Shown here piece after piece: positions 39,423 to 49,739 of a stretch of DNA of 64,000 bases (within the stretch, counting starts at the first letter, position 1; each line of letters starts with the position of its first letter). Source of the stretch: Thermodesulfobacteriota bacterium (GTDB taxonomy: Bacteria > Desulfobacterota > Desulfobacteria > Desulfobacterales > C00003060). Location: assembly GCA_034189385.1 (NCBI GenBank), contig JAXHVD010000003.1, positions 32,001-96,000 of the forward strand. The letters run 5' to 3'. The notes beneath the pieces were generated by a model, which saw only the letters and a program-made list of their open reading frames with translations, was not told the origin of the DNA and made no database searches. A program made the position numbers and the translations under genes.

Positions 39423-40811
39423 CTAAAGCCTAGCCCTCTGAAACAGTGGCGTCGAGTACTTCCACATCCACTGGAGGAATACCCAGTTTGCCTCCTCGTC
39501 AGAGGCTAGCTTCTTGGCAAATTCGTCCGGCCAGAAATGCCCGTAACCAAATTGAATCTCATGCCCTTTGGAAAAATCCAATTTGAATATGAGATCAAGC
39601 TCCCTGCCCACCTTGTCACCGGAGTTTCCGGTCTTGTCCCGGAACGCCTTGGGGTTCAGGGACCACCCATCTTCTCTCTCGGCCAACCAGAATTGGTGGT
39701 ACCCCCCTGTGAAGGAAAGCCATTTCCCAGGTTTGAGGTCAACGTTCACCTGGGCGTCCCTTAGGTTCTGCCACGCAAACAGATTCATCCGACCATACAT
39801 CTTGTCCTTGGCCCCGAAGGCACCGTCAAATGTTTCAAGGGTGCCGTCTGTGGGGTCGCTATCGCCAGAGGCATAGCTATACTCTAGAGTGACACGCGGT
39901 TTGAAAGCGATCTCTTCGAACCTGTAGCCAACCAGGCAATGATAACCGTAAGCATCAATGTCATCGCTGGCACGATCTCCTTCCTGCTTTATGAAAGTGA
40001 AGTCGAAGTCAAATCCATTGTAATTCGTCCTAAAAATCCTGGCGCCAAAGTAGTACGCGTCAAAGTCTCCGACTGGACCGTCCTCGCCCGTGTACCGGTC
40101 GTGGTCGTTCACCTTGGTCATTGAAAAGGGTTCAACCATTATACCCAGGAAGCTCTCCGGCAGCCTGAAGTGTCCGTAGAACCCTACACTCTCAAACCCA
40201 TGATTGTGGTCCCAACTCAAGTGGCTCGGGTCGTGGACCTTCGTCCCCCCATAGTATGCATCCAAGAACCCTCCCTCAAATGCATAATGGAGCAAAACGG
40301 CATCCCATTGCCACCTACCGGTGTTTCCCCATTGACCAGGACCGTAGATCCTTTTGTTACCGTAAGTGATAATCTGTCTTCCCGCTTTGATACTGAAGGG
40401 CAGGAGCTTCTTGATCTCCAGATAGGCATTGAAAGGCTCCCAATCATCCTCATAGGGATTGTGAAATCGACCGAATCTACTGTTATAAAATTCGCTCTCC
40501 TTTAGGGCCAAATCCCAGGCTTCAGAGTGCTGCATCCCCACAGAGAGATGGATCATTTCGTTGGGATAGTAATGGAATCCAAACCGGAATCTCCCGAGAA
40601 GGAATCCGTCATTTGACTTCCCGGCCCTGGGCTCATCTCCATAGAACTTACCGTTGAAATCATCCTGGTACTCATACCGAAAGCGGATATTGGTCCATGC
40701 ACAGAGTTTACTCTCCTTAGTGCCTTTCTTTCCGGCATGGCCGTAGCCCACAGGCATCAGAATAAGACTAAGTACAACTAAGACGAAGCCCCCTTTAGAC
40801 GTTGATCTCAC
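39423..40811 (-). CDS. Alginate-export (AlgE-like) outer-membrane beta-barrel protein
   Basis: Signal peptide, R.RYE, GRQ.ITYG.KR, YSYASGD..P.DG..ETFD, GRELD; GTG 40811 behind AAGGAG. Confidence 0.8.
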   Translation of the reverse strand: MRSTSKGGFVLVVLSLILMPVGYGHAGKKGTKESKLCAWTNIRFRYEYQDDFNGKFYGDEPRAGKSNDGFLLGRFRFGFHYYPNEMIHLSVGMQHSEAWDLALKESEFYNSRFGRFHNPYEDDWEPFNAYLEIKKLLPFSIKAGRQIITYGNKRIYGPGQWGNTGRWQWDAVLLHYAFEGGFLDAYYGGTKVHDPSHLSWDHNHGFESVGFYGHFRLPESFLGIMVEPFSMTKVNDHDRYTGEDGPVGDFDAYYFGARIFRTNYNGFDFDFTFIKQEGDRASDDIDAYGYHCLVGYRFEEIAFKPRVTLEYSYASGDSDPTDGTLETFDGAFGAKDKMYGRMNLFAWQNLRDAQVNVDLKPGKWLSFTGGYHQFWLAEREDGWSLNPKAFRDKTGNSGDKVGRELDLIFKLDFSKGHEIQFGYGHFWPDEFAKKLASDEEANWVFLQWMWKYSTPLFQRARL

Positions 40812-41203
40812 GATGTACTCCTTTCGCAATCTTGAAACAACTATCTCCGCAAAAGAGATATGGTCGACCCTGCAAACGGAATAGCAGTGCCGTGGAACCG
40901 ACCACTTTCCAAGCCATGGGTGAGCGTTACGATGTTGGGAGAAAAGCCTTTAGCTCACTGACAAGTGCCTGTCTTTTGCGCCACGCCTCCCCTCTTTGAC
41001 ACCCAGCCAATGCCCTCATATTCCCAGGCCAGAAGGGCTCAGGGCAACTCCACAAGCTAGAAGAGCGGTTACGGCGATGTAGCAGTCCCACCTTTTTGTA
41101 GTAAGAAAGACACCTAACGAAGGCCGCAGATAAGCATGGAACTGGAAGGTTTTCAAATAAGCAGAGCCGAGGAGTTGTTCGAGATTCTGAAGCAAGTTTT
41201 TTA

Positions 41204-41219
41204 CCCAAGAACTATGCCA
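41204..41219 (-). promoter_or_regulatory. Possible sigma54 promoter for the porin-modABC operon
   Basis: Minus strand TGGCATAGTTCTTGGG (GG-N10-GG; imperfect -12). Confidence 0.35.
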
Positions 41220-41509
41220 GTTTTGACATATAACATCCCAAAAAGAAAGGGGCTTCCTTTAAAAACGGCACCCCTTTTAACAGGCCTTTTCGGAGAACCT
41301 GAGGAAAGAGAGTTAAACACAAGCGTAAGTTCTTGTCAATATCTTTTTAGTTACTGCTCGATGAGGAATTGTATAACCCCAAAAGGACTTAAAATAACCA
41401 AAAAGGACAACAAGTCCACCGCGTCCAAAAGCCGGACTGAAGTCTCCTCTTTCTTAAGATATCACCTCGGTAGGGCTTAAGAGGGGAAGAAAACGCCTTC
41501 GGCCTAGAT

Positions 41510-42835
41510 TCAAGAGGCAACTTGACGGGCCAGGGACGTCACCTTTTCCATGACGTCTTCAATGTCTATGGTGAGGAGCGTTCTATCTTTTACTACCACT
41601 CGGCCATCGATGATTACATCTTTCACGTCGCTTCCGCTGGCCGCATAGACAAGGTGAGAGCTGGGATCGTAGAGGGGCGTCAGATGGGGCTTGTGAGTAT
41701 CAACAATGATCACGTCAGCCCTTTTTCCCACCTCGATCGATCCGATATCCTCTCCCAGTCCTATGGCCTCAGCGCCGCCCCTGGTGGCCATAGTCAATAC
41801 CTGCCTAGCATCCATGACCGTGGGGTCGAGGAGCCTCGCCTTGTGCACCTTGGCCATGAAGTCCATTTCCTGAAACATGTCCAGGTTATTGTTGCTGGCG
41901 CAGCCATCTGTGCCGATGCCCACCGGCAAGCCGTATTTCAAAAACTCTGGAACCGGTGCCGTGCCTGATGCAAGCTTCATGTGGCTCTCTGTGGTAACTG
42001 AGACGCCCACCGGCCTCTTTGCCATGCAAGCGATGTCCTCTTGGTCCACCCATATGCCATGGACCACAAGGGTGCTGGCTTTCAGGACGCCGATCCGATC
42101 AAGGTATTGGACAGGCGACATGCCGCGTGTTTCCTGGATCTGGTCCGCCTCCTTCTTTGTCTCTGCCACATGGATCTGAAAAAGGGCGTCTGTCTCATCA
42201 GCTACCTTGCGAGCAAACCTCAAGGTCTTCTCACTGCATGTGTAGGGAGAATGACAGAAAAGTCCGGGATGAATCAAAGGGTTCTTCTTCTGCCATTTCT
42301 CAATGAATTGGCGGGCCTCATCCACGTTTTTCTCGGGCTCAGGCACACCAGGGGCCGGAAAGTCCACAATTCCCTGTGCAAGCACGGCCCGCATCCCGGA
42401 CCCCTGAACACCTCTGGCCACGCTATCTTCAAAGAAATACCCGTCACAGCATGTAGTAGTGCCCGAAAGCAGCATCTCAGCGCATGAAAGGAGCGTGGCC
42501 GTAAACACCGTCTCGGGGTTCAGCCAATGTGCTTCGGCCTCAAAAATGTGATCATTCCACCATGTCATTAGAGGAAGGTCATCTGCCAGACCTCGAAAAA
42601 GGGTCATGGGAGAATGAGTGTGGGTGTTGACCAATCCCGGCAGGATGATACCCCCACCGGCATCTACTCTCTTCCTAGCAGCGGGAAGTGGCTGATTCAA
42701 TGCCTTCTCTTCAATGCGTGCGATCTTGCCATCTTCTATGCACAGGAGGCCATCTTTGACAATGTCAAAGTCATTATTGACCGTGAGGATGGTTCCATTG
42801 TGAATCAAAATGTCATACACTGTGTCCTGCAGCAT
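41510..42835 (-). CDS. mtaD: MTA/SAH (5'-deoxyadenosine) deaminase-like amidohydrolase, paralogue 2
   Basis: PGLVNTHTH, RGLADDLPL, HSPY, HVAET, GTDG.ASNN.LD. Confidence 0.87.
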   Translation of the reverse strand: MLQDTVYDILIHNGTILTVNNDFDIVKDGLLCIEDGKIARIEEKALNQPLPAARKRVDAGGGIILPGLVNTHTHSPMTLFRGLADDLPLMTWWNDHIFEAEAHWLNPETVFTATLLSCAEMLLSGTTTCCDGYFFEDSVARGVQGSGMRAVLAQGIVDFPAPGVPEPEKNVDEARQFIEKWQKKNPLIHPGLFCHSPYTCSEKTLRFARKVADETDALFQIHVAETKKEADQIQETRGMSPVQYLDRIGVLKASTLVVHGIWVDQEDIACMAKRPVGVSVTTESHMKLASGTAPVPEFLKYGLPVGIGTDGCASNNNLDMFQEMDFMAKVHKARLLDPTVMDARQVLTMATRGGAEAIGLGEDIGSIEVGKRADVIIVDTHKPHLTPLYDPSSHLVYAASGSDVKDVIIDGRVVVKDRTLLTIDIEDVMEKVTSLARQVAS

Positions 42836-42884
42836 GGCGTGGGCCTTTCGAGAACAGTCAAAAAGGCTGGCCGTGAAATAGTCC

Positions 42885-42956
42885 GGCGTAAGGTGTATGG
42901 CTTGCGGCCCAAAGATGGGGGCCTTTAGCCTTATGCCTTTGCTTTCGCCTCATGCC
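42885..42956. repeat. Inverted degenerate heptamer arrays (GGCNNNN / GCCTYWN)
   Basis: GGCGTAA GGTGTAT GGCTTGC GGCCC ... GCCTTTA GCCTTAT GCCTTT GCTTTC GCCTCAT GCC. Confidence 0.6.
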
Positions 42957-42966
42957 CTTCATTCTG

Positions 42967-44292
42967 TTATGAGCTATTCACTTTGAGAACAATATGTTCA
43001 GCGATTTGACTTACATCTTCCATGACGGTATCCACATCCAGGGTCATGAGCACCTTGTCTTCCATAACTACCTGTCCATTCACAATGGCCGTAACCACAT
43101 CATTGCCGGAAACAGCATAGACCAGGTGGGAATAGACATTGTACATGGGTGTGAGGTGGGGGCGCCTGGTGTCAATCACAATGATGTCCGCCTTCTTTCC
43201 TGGCGCAAGGGAACCGATCTGATCTTCCAGCCCCAGCACCCTGGCCCCGTCAATGGTGGCCATTCTCACCACAGTCTGGGCATCCAGGACAGTGGGGTCA
43301 AGGGTCTGGGCCTTGTGGACCTTGGCAACGGTGTCTATCTCCTGAAACATGTCCAGATTGTTGTTGCTGGCACAACCGTCTGTCCCGATGCCCACTGTGA
43401 CCCCCCGCTCCAGGAGCTGTGGCACCGGGGTTATGCCTGAGGCGAGCTTCATGGTGCTTTCCGGGTCGTGAGCCACCTTGACGTCAAAGGCTTTCAGGAG
43501 ATCCATATCTTTTTCCGTCATGACCACACAGTGCACGGCAATCAACTTGGGATCAAGGAAACCGATGTGTGCCAGGTGCTCCACAGGGGTCTTGTTGTAT
43601 TTCTCCTTCAGCTGCAGGACTTCCGCCTCTGATTCTGACACGTGCATCACCATGGGCGCACTGTGTCGATCGGCAATTGCCTTGGCTTTTTGAAGGAGAT
43701 CTGGGGCACACAGATAGGGGGAGTGCGGTTCCACGGCGATGGTGACGAGGGGATCATCCTGCCACTTTTCGATCAGATCTTCCGTGTACGTTAAGCCTTT
43801 TTCCATTGGTCCGTAATTGGGAGAAGGAAAATCGTAGAGGACTTCCCCTACTAGGGCCCGCATCCCAGCCCTCTTGGCGGCCTCGGCCACGGCATCTTCG
43901 AAGAGATACATGTCACAAAAGGTGGTGGTGCCTGAAAGTATCATTTCAGCGCAGGCAAGGAGCGTTCCCTTATAGACCATATCCTCTGTGAGCTTTGCCT
44001 CAGCAGGAAAGATGTGATCTTCAAGCCACGTCATAAGGGGCAAGTCATCTGCCAGGCCCCTGAAGCAGGTCATGGCGGCATGGGTGTGGGTGTTCACCAG
44101 CCCCGGCATAATGATGCCGCCTTGGGCGTCAATGGTTTTTTCGGCCCCATATCGGCAGACCAAGACATCTTCGAGGCCTATTTCTACAATGCGATCTCCC
44201 TTTACGGCCACAGCACCCTTTTCGATCAAGGTGCTGTCTTGATCCATGGTGAGGACCCATCCGTTTTTTACGATGATATCAACTGACTGCAT
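42967..44292 (-). CDS. mtaD: MTA/SAH deaminase-like amidohydrolase, paralogue 1
   Basis: PGLVNTHTH, RGLADDLPL, PHSPY, HVSES, GTDG.ASNN.LD; start probably ATG 44292. Confidence 0.88.
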   Translation of the reverse strand: MQSVDIIVKNGWVLTMDQDSTLIEKGAVAVKGDRIVEIGLEDVLVCRYGAEKTIDAQGGIIMPGLVNTHTHAAMTCFRGLADDLPLMTWLEDHIFPAEAKLTEDMVYKGTLLACAEMILSGTTTFCDMYLFEDAVAEAAKRAGMRALVGEVLYDFPSPNYGPMEKGLTYTEDLIEKWQDDPLVTIAVEPHSPYLCAPDLLQKAKAIADRHSAPMVMHVSESEAEVLQLKEKYNKTPVEHLAHIGFLDPKLIAVHCVVMTEKDMDLLKAFDVKVAHDPESTMKLASGITPVPQLLERGVTVGIGTDGCASNNNLDMFQEIDTVAKVHKAQTLDPTVLDAQTVVRMATIDGARVLGLEDQIGSLAPGKKADIIVIDTRRPHLTPMYNVYSHLVYAVSGNDVVTAIVNGQVVMEDKVLMTLDVDTVMEDVSQIAEHIVLKVNSS

Positions 44293-44366
44293 CTGTTCTT
44301 GACTTCCGCCCCCTTCTCTTGCCCTTTGAATGACCTTAGGTGTTTTCAACCTGTAGATGCCGTCGG

Positions 44367-45203
44367 TTAACCGGCTTGGGCAGGCAATTTCCCGATTACC
44401 CCGTTGATGATGGCCTGCAGGCGGGGGGCCGTCCTTTCAGCATTGGCGATAATCTCATCGACCTGGCAGGGCTTGGGGTTGTCGGGCAGATTCATGTTTG
44501 TAATCACTGAAAGGCCCAAGATCGTCATGCCGGCGTGGGCGGCTGCAATGACCTCAGGGATGGTAGAAAGGCCCACGGCATCGGCACCAATGGTCTTGAG
44601 AAAACGGATTTCGGCCCTTGTCTCCAGAGACGGGCCCGGGAGTCCCACATAAACCCCTTTTTGGACGCGGATATTGTTTTCAAGGGCAGTTGTTTCTGCC
44701 ATCACCATGAGCGTCCGGTCATAGACTTGGGTCATGTCAGGAAACCGTGGTCCCCAATCATCAACGTTCGGCCCAATGAGAGGATTGCCTCCCGTCAGAT
44801 TGATATGATCCGTTATGACCATGATATCCCCTGCATCAAACAGGGGATTGATCCCTCCTGAGGCGTTGGACAAGATGAGGGTCTTCACGCCCAGCATCTG
44901 CATAAGCCTTACGGGAAAGGTCACTTCCTTCATGCTGTACCCTTCATAGTAGTGGAAGCGCCCCTGCATGGCCAGCAGGGGTTTCCCTTTAATGCGTCCA
45001 GAGATCAGTCTGCCTTTGTGAGTGGGGACGGTAGAAACAGGGAACTGTGGAATGTGATGATAGTCAATAGACACAGCCTTCTCCATGCTATCAGCACTTT
45101 CGCCCAGTCCTGTTCCCATGATCAATCCAATATAGGGCTGGTCATTAATCCTAGAACGAACAAAATCCGTAGCCTCACGGACTTTATTTTCATAAGATTC
45201 CAT
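44367..45203 (-). CDS. punA: Purine nucleoside phosphorylase (trimeric type)
   Basis: GTGLG, QGRFHYYEG, DHIN, GPRFPDM, GPSLET.AE, GADAVG, ITN. Confidence 0.92.
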   Translation of the reverse strand: MESYENKVREATDFVRSRINDQPYIGLIMGTGLGESADSMEKAVSIDYHHIPQFPVSTVPTHKGRLISGRIKGKPLLAMQGRFHYYEGYSMKEVTFPVRLMQMLGVKTLILSNASGGINPLFDAGDIMVITDHINLTGGNPLIGPNVDDWGPRFPDMTQVYDRTLMVMAETTALENNIRVQKGVYVGLPGPSLETRAEIRFLKTIGADAVGLSTIPEVIAAAHAGMTILGLSVITNMNLPDNPKPCQVDEIIANAERTAPRLQAIINGVIGKLPAQAG

Positions 45204-45353
45204 GGTAATAGTCCCTTCATCAACGGCAGATTTATGGGTACCTTAAAATAGATGAAACCTTTGCGTCAAACAGAAACTAGGCGTCAAGACACTGGCTTTG
45301 ACTGGCCACTGTTTTTCTGGCATTTTTGAGATGAGGGGTTGAGATAGGAGAAC

Positions 45354-45842
45354 ATGGGACAAGGCTTGACTAGAACGGGCGTGGTAACGGCTGTTCACGG
45401 AAAGATAGCATTAGTAGTCACCAAACAGGAACCGGAATGTGAAAGTTGCTCGGCCAAGGAGTCCTGTTCTACCCTGGGCGGCTCAGGCTCCAACAGGGAG
45501 GTGAGGGCCAGAAACACGGCAAGAGCCCAAGTCGGAGATGTGGTGAAGATAAGCATTCAAGGATCTGCCTTTCTCAAGGCCACCTTTCTCGTTTACATGG
45601 TACCCATATTGGCACTCATCGCAGGGGCTGTTTTGGGATACTTCTTGTCCAAGTTTTTGGAAGGCAACAAGGATCTTTTTGTAGGGATCTTCGGGGGGCT
45701 TGGTCTTGTCGGGTCCTTCTTGTGGGTCAGGAGAAAAGGAAAGAGGCTTTCTCCAACGAGCGAGTATCTCCCTGAGATCATATCAAGGCAATCCCCGGCA
45801 AAGGCTGTGCCGCCTAAAGATCTTAGCTGTCCCATCCACTAG
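45354..45842 (+). CDS. RseC/MucC family membrane protein
   Basis: CESC...SC motif, A.VGD.V.I, two C-terminal TM helices. Confidence 0.85.
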   Translation: MGQGLTRTGVVTAVHGKIALVVTKQEPECESCSAKESCSTLGGSGSNREVRARNTARAQVGDVVKISIQGSAFLKATFLVYMVPILALIAGAVLGYFLSKFLEGNKDLFVGIFGGLGLVGSFLWVRRKGKRLSPTSEYLPEIISRQSPAKAVPPKDLSCPIH

Positions 45843-46738
45843 TCTCGATCCACAAGGGGTCTCTTTGGGCGATCTCGGCCCTTGGCCTCTTTCAGCTTCT
45901 CCACCAGCCGATAGGATAGGCGCAGGTCCCCTCTGCCGATGCCTATTTGGACCTCTGGCTTAGCCGCCCCATGGAAATCCGTTCCTCCTGTCATCAACAA
46001 ATCCTGGCGACGTGCAAGCCTCTCGAACAGGGCCGTACGCTCAGGCCGATGCTCAGAGTAATAGACTTCCATGCCCATTAATCCTGCCTGTTTCAACTCC
46101 CTCAGACTGCTCTCTAATTCGGCCTCATCCTTTGCAGCAAGGGTATAGGGATGAGCGAGCACTGGAACCCCTCCTGCCCGCAAGATCATCTGGATCGCTT
46201 CAGCAGGTTGCAGTCTATACCTTGGAACATAGGCAGGGCCCCACTTCTTGAGATACTTCAAGAAGGCCTCACCAAAGCTTTGCACCACCCCCTTTTGCAC
46301 CAACACTTGGGCGATGTGGGGCCTTCCCACCTGTCCTCGGCCCGAGACCCCCAAGACATCTTCATGGGTGATGTCCACGCCCAGGTCTTGGAGCTTTTTG
46401 ATGATCCCCACGTTTCTGTGCGCCCGGGCCTCCTGCACCTTCTTGAGGGTCTGAGTCAAGGACGGGTCGTCCAATTCAATAAGATAACCTAGGATGTGCA
46501 TGGTCCCTGAGGGAACATCAGCACTGATTTCAATACCAGAGAGGATCTCAAGGGAGGACAGGGACTGACTTAGGGCCTCGGCCGAGCCTTCGATCGTGTC
46601 ATGATCTGTAATGGCGATAGCGCGAAGACCTAACTGCGTGGCAAGATGAATGATTTCTAAAGGTGATAAGGAGCCGTCAGAGGCTGTTGAATGGATGTGA
46701 AGGTCAACAAAACCTGGATCAGGAAAGGCCATTGCCAT
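45839..46738 (-). CDS. PHP-domain (TrpH/YciV-like) metal-dependent phosphoesterase
   Basis: DLHIHSTASDG, AITDHD, HILGY, GRPHIA, VLAHP, GGTDFHG. Confidence 0.92.
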   Translation of the reverse strand: MAMAFPDPGFVDLHIHSTASDGSLSPLEIIHLATQLGLRAIAITDHDTIEGSAEALSQSLSSLEILSGIEISADVPSGTMHILGYLIELDDPSLTQTLKKVQEARAHRNVGIIKKLQDLGVDITHEDVLGVSGRGQVGRPHIAQVLVQKGVVQSFGEAFLKYLKKWGPAYVPRYRLQPAEAIQMILRAGGVPVLAHPYTLAAKDEAELESSLRELKQAGLMGMEVYYSEHRPERTALFERLARRQDLLMTGGTDFHGAAKPEVQIGIGRGDLRLSYRLVEKLKEAKGRDRPKRPLVDRD

Positions 46739-46760
46739 AGAGGGGTAGGGAGAAGGCTTG

Positions 46761-47123
46761 CTATATTCCCAGGGCGTTTTCCCTGGCCTCTTCCTTTGTC
46801 TTACATTCAATGCACTGAGTGGTAACCGGTCTGGCCTTTAAGCGTTTCACCGAAATATCTTCGCCACAGACCTCGCAAATACCGTATGTCCCCTTGTCGA
46901 TGCGGTCGAGGGCCTCTCGAATTTTTACAATAAGCTTGCGCTCCCTGTCTCTTATACGAAGGAGAAAGTTACGGTCCGCTTCCATGGCTGCCCGATCTGT
47001 GGGGTCAGGGAAACTGGCCTTCTCATCTGTCATGCCAGATACCGTATCACTTGCCTTGGCCAGCAGATTCTGCAAGCGTTCTGTTAGAAGCTCTCTAAAA
47101 AATTCCAAGTCCTTCTTTTTCAT
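46761..47123 (-). CDS. dksA: RNA polymerase-binding transcription factor DksA
   Basis: DPTDRA coiled-coil tip, RERKL..KI..AL.RI, CEVC...RL.ARP....CIEC zinc finger. Confidence 0.96.
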   Translation of the reverse strand: MKKKDLEFFRELLTERLQNLLAKASDTVSGMTDEKASFPDPTDRAAMEADRNFLLRIRDRERKLIVKIREALDRIDKGTYGICEVCGEDISVKRLKARPVTTQCIECKTKEEARENALGI

Positions 47124-47542
47124 TGTGCAACCTACCCGATATGCGATATGAAGACTAACTATTGACTTTTACAGTAAAAAGTGGCTACCGCGTCGCCCGC
47201 TGGACCCCCTTGGCGTAAAAGAACCCTTTGCTGAGAAACAGAGCCCCCTTGAGTACAATTCTTACACCCTGCTGAATTCCTTTTTTTGTAAAGAGGGAAA
47301 ATTAGCACAAGCATATATGCATGTAAACAAAAAAAAGCCAGTCTTTGGACTCGCCTTGGTGACCCGAGGTCGCCCTTTCATAAGGTTGGCCATTCTAACC
47401 CGCCAATGATAGATGTGCCAACACAGTCCCAGAGATCGTCTTCTCTACTAGATGGCGTTCTTCTGCCTTGCCAAGGCATTATGAGACGGGTATGTCTTGA
47501 ACGCCAGGGGCCGAGACACTCAACTATCAGGAGAGAAACGCA

Positions 47543-49696
47543 TTGGGTTTCCCATTGTCACCTAACGGGGTTACGGGCAGACACAGATTCTGGGCCTGTC
47601 TCCTGGTCCTAGGAACTTCATCTGTCTCTGTTCAGCTTGTCATGATCCGTGAGGTCATGTCCAGCTTCAGTGGCAATGAGTTGGTCATAGGGCTACTCCT
47701 TGGTGTTTGGCTCCTTGCTACCGGTTTAGGAAGTCTTCTTGGAATCCCGGTGGCCAAACAGGTGCGGCTGGAACACGCCCTTCTGTCAGGCCACATCCTC
47801 ATGGCACTGATGCCCTTTGGGCAGGTTGCTGCTATTCGAGGCCTCCCACTTCTTTGGGTGCGAGGTGAAATGCTGGGTCTGACCTCTGCAGTGGCTTGCA
47901 GTTCTTTGATCCTCATTCCCTTCTGTCTTGTCTCCGGTGCCATGATCCCCATGGCAGGGGCCCTCCTTAAAGAAAAGGGTACCACAAGAAAGGTATATAT
48001 CGTGGATACCATAGGAGACATTTGCGGAGGGCTTCTATTCAGCCTGGTCTTTGTCTATGCCCTTTCGCACTGGGACAGCTTGGTCGTGCTCGGCGTGTTA
48101 AACCTCATTGCCGGAAGCATCATGACCTCTTACGCAGTTCTCCCCGTCCTGGCTCTTCTGGGCCTTGCAATAGTGGCAACCAGACCTTTTGATTTGGAGA
48201 CTCTCTCTTGGCGTTTTCCTGGCCAGGCCTTGATCTTGCATAAGAATACCCCCTTCGCCCAGCTCACGATTTCAAGAACTGGCAAGCAGCTCAATGTCCT
48301 TCAAGACGCTATTCCGCTCTTTTCCTCCCACGACCTCGATATGGAGGCTTTGGCCCATGTGCCCTTGTGTCAGCTTTCCCAAGGGGCCAGCATTCTTTTG
48401 ATCAGTGGAGGGGTATTTGGAACCATTAGAGAGATGGCCAAACACAAGCCCAGTCATATAGACTATATTGAACTCGATCCCGCCATCCTCAATCTGGACA
48501 GGCTTCTTGACCAACGTCTTTCTCTGCCCTTTGTTCGGGTCCATGTGGGTGACGGAAGACTTTTCATAAAGAAGAGTACCACCTCCTATGACGCTGTCAT
48601 TGTAGACCTGCCAGACCCTGAAAACACCCAACTTAATCGATTCTACACCCAAGAGTTCTTTGAGGAAACTAAATCGAGCCTTACCCCCCGAGGGGTCCTT
48701 TGCTTCACCCTGGTTGGCGCTGACAACTACGTGGAAGAAAAGGGGCTCGCCGTGAATCGGGCTGTCTATGCAGCACTCAAGAGCACGTTCAACCATGTCC
48801 TGGTCTTTCCGGGAATGACACACTATTATCTGGCCTCAAACGCTCCTTTGACCAGAAATATTGCAACTGTCTTGGCCGAACGGGGGATTCAGACCAGACG
48901 CCTTGTGGATTACGACCTCCCGTCCATGGCAGACCCCTTTCGCATAGACCTCTTACAGGGTCTCCTTGCAAGGGAGCACACCTTGCCAAACCAAGACCTC
49001 TCACCACGGGCCTTTGGCCATCTCTTGGATCTATGGCTTAAAAAATCTGGAAGTCCAAAGGGGCTTGTGTTGACCCTGTCTGTCCTGGTCCTGATCTTTG
49101 CCGCTTTGGCATGTCGCAAAGCCCCCTTGCGGTTTACGGTCCTGACCTCCGGCTATGCGGGTATGGCCTTTGAGCTTTCCCTTATCCTGTTGTTTCAGGT
49201 CATATACGGATACGTATATCTGCGGATCTGTGGGTTTATAACCCTCTTCATGATAGGCTCTGCCTTGGGGGCCCTTGTGTCTGTTTGGGCGAAGAAAAAG
49301 CCGTTGTTACAAATACTGGCCTGTGATGGAGGGCTCATCATATTGGCCGCCCTTTCCTGTGGCGGCGCTGTGGCTGGAATCCATGTAAAGAGCCAGGTCT
49401 GGCTTTTTACCATGCAATATGTCATCATCCCATCCCTCATTTTTCTCGTAGCCTTTGGAGCGGGGTGGCAGTTCTCGGTCGTCTCCCGCATGAGCAAAGG
49501 TGCCGAAACAGACATTACCGGTCGGCTCTATTTGGCAGACCTTGCTGGCGCAGCTTGCGGTACCATATTGACAGGCCTCCTGTTTCTGCCTAGACTTGGC
49601 ATTGTTGGAGTATTGGTCTCAGTGCTTGCACTAAAGTGTGTGAGCCTTGGACTGAATATGGTGTCTGGACAGTCCAAGAACACGGGCCTTGAATAG
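47543..49696 (+). CDS. Polytopic membrane protein with a central spermidine-synthase-like SAM/dcSAM-binding domain
   Basis: N- and C-terminal TM bundles; ISGG, IELDP, GDGR, YDAVIVDLPDP, RFYT.EF; TTG start with AGGAGA RBS. Confidence 0.85.
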   Translation: MGFPLSPNGVTGRHRFWACLLVLGTSSVSVQLVMIREVMSSFSGNELVIGLLLGVWLLATGLGSLLGIPVAKQVRLEHALLSGHILMALMPFGQVAAIRGLPLLWVRGEMLGLTSAVACSSLILIPFCLVSGAMIPMAGALLKEKGTTRKVYIVDTIGDICGGLLFSLVFVYALSHWDSLVVLGVLNLIAGSIMTSYAVLPVLALLGLAIVATRPFDLETLSWRFPGQALILHKNTPFAQLTISRTGKQLNVLQDAIPLFSSHDLDMEALAHVPLCQLSQGASILLISGGVFGTIREMAKHKPSHIDYIELDPAILNLDRLLDQRLSLPFVRVHVGDGRLFIKKSTTSYDAVIVDLPDPENTQLNRFYTQEFFEETKSSLTPRGVLCFTLVGADNYVEEKGLAVNRAVYAALKSTFNHVLVFPGMTHYYLASNAPLTRNIATVLAERGIQTRRLVDYDLPSMADPFRIDLLQGLLAREHTLPNQDLSPRAFGHLLDLWLKKSGSPKGLVLTLSVLVLIFAALACRKAPLRFTVLTSGYAGMAFELSLILLFQVIYGYVYLRICGFITLFMIGSALGALVSVWAKKKPLLQILACDGGLIILAALSCGGAVAGIHVKSQVWLFTMQYVIIPSLIFLVAFGAGWQFSVVSRMSKGAETDITGRLYLADLAGAACGTILTGLLFLPRLGIVGVLVSVLALKCVSLGLNMVSGQSKNTGLE

Positions 49697-49739
49697 CTGG
49701 ACAACCTAACGACTCAACCCATCAGCGAATACCTTCCCT

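Noticed and set aside
40812..40960. Moco/Tuco riboswitch upstream of the porin-modABC operon
   Set aside because: Only the AAAGGAGTAC end resembles the motif; the conserved inner stems and CCUCCCG element could not be found by eye. A cmscan would settle it.
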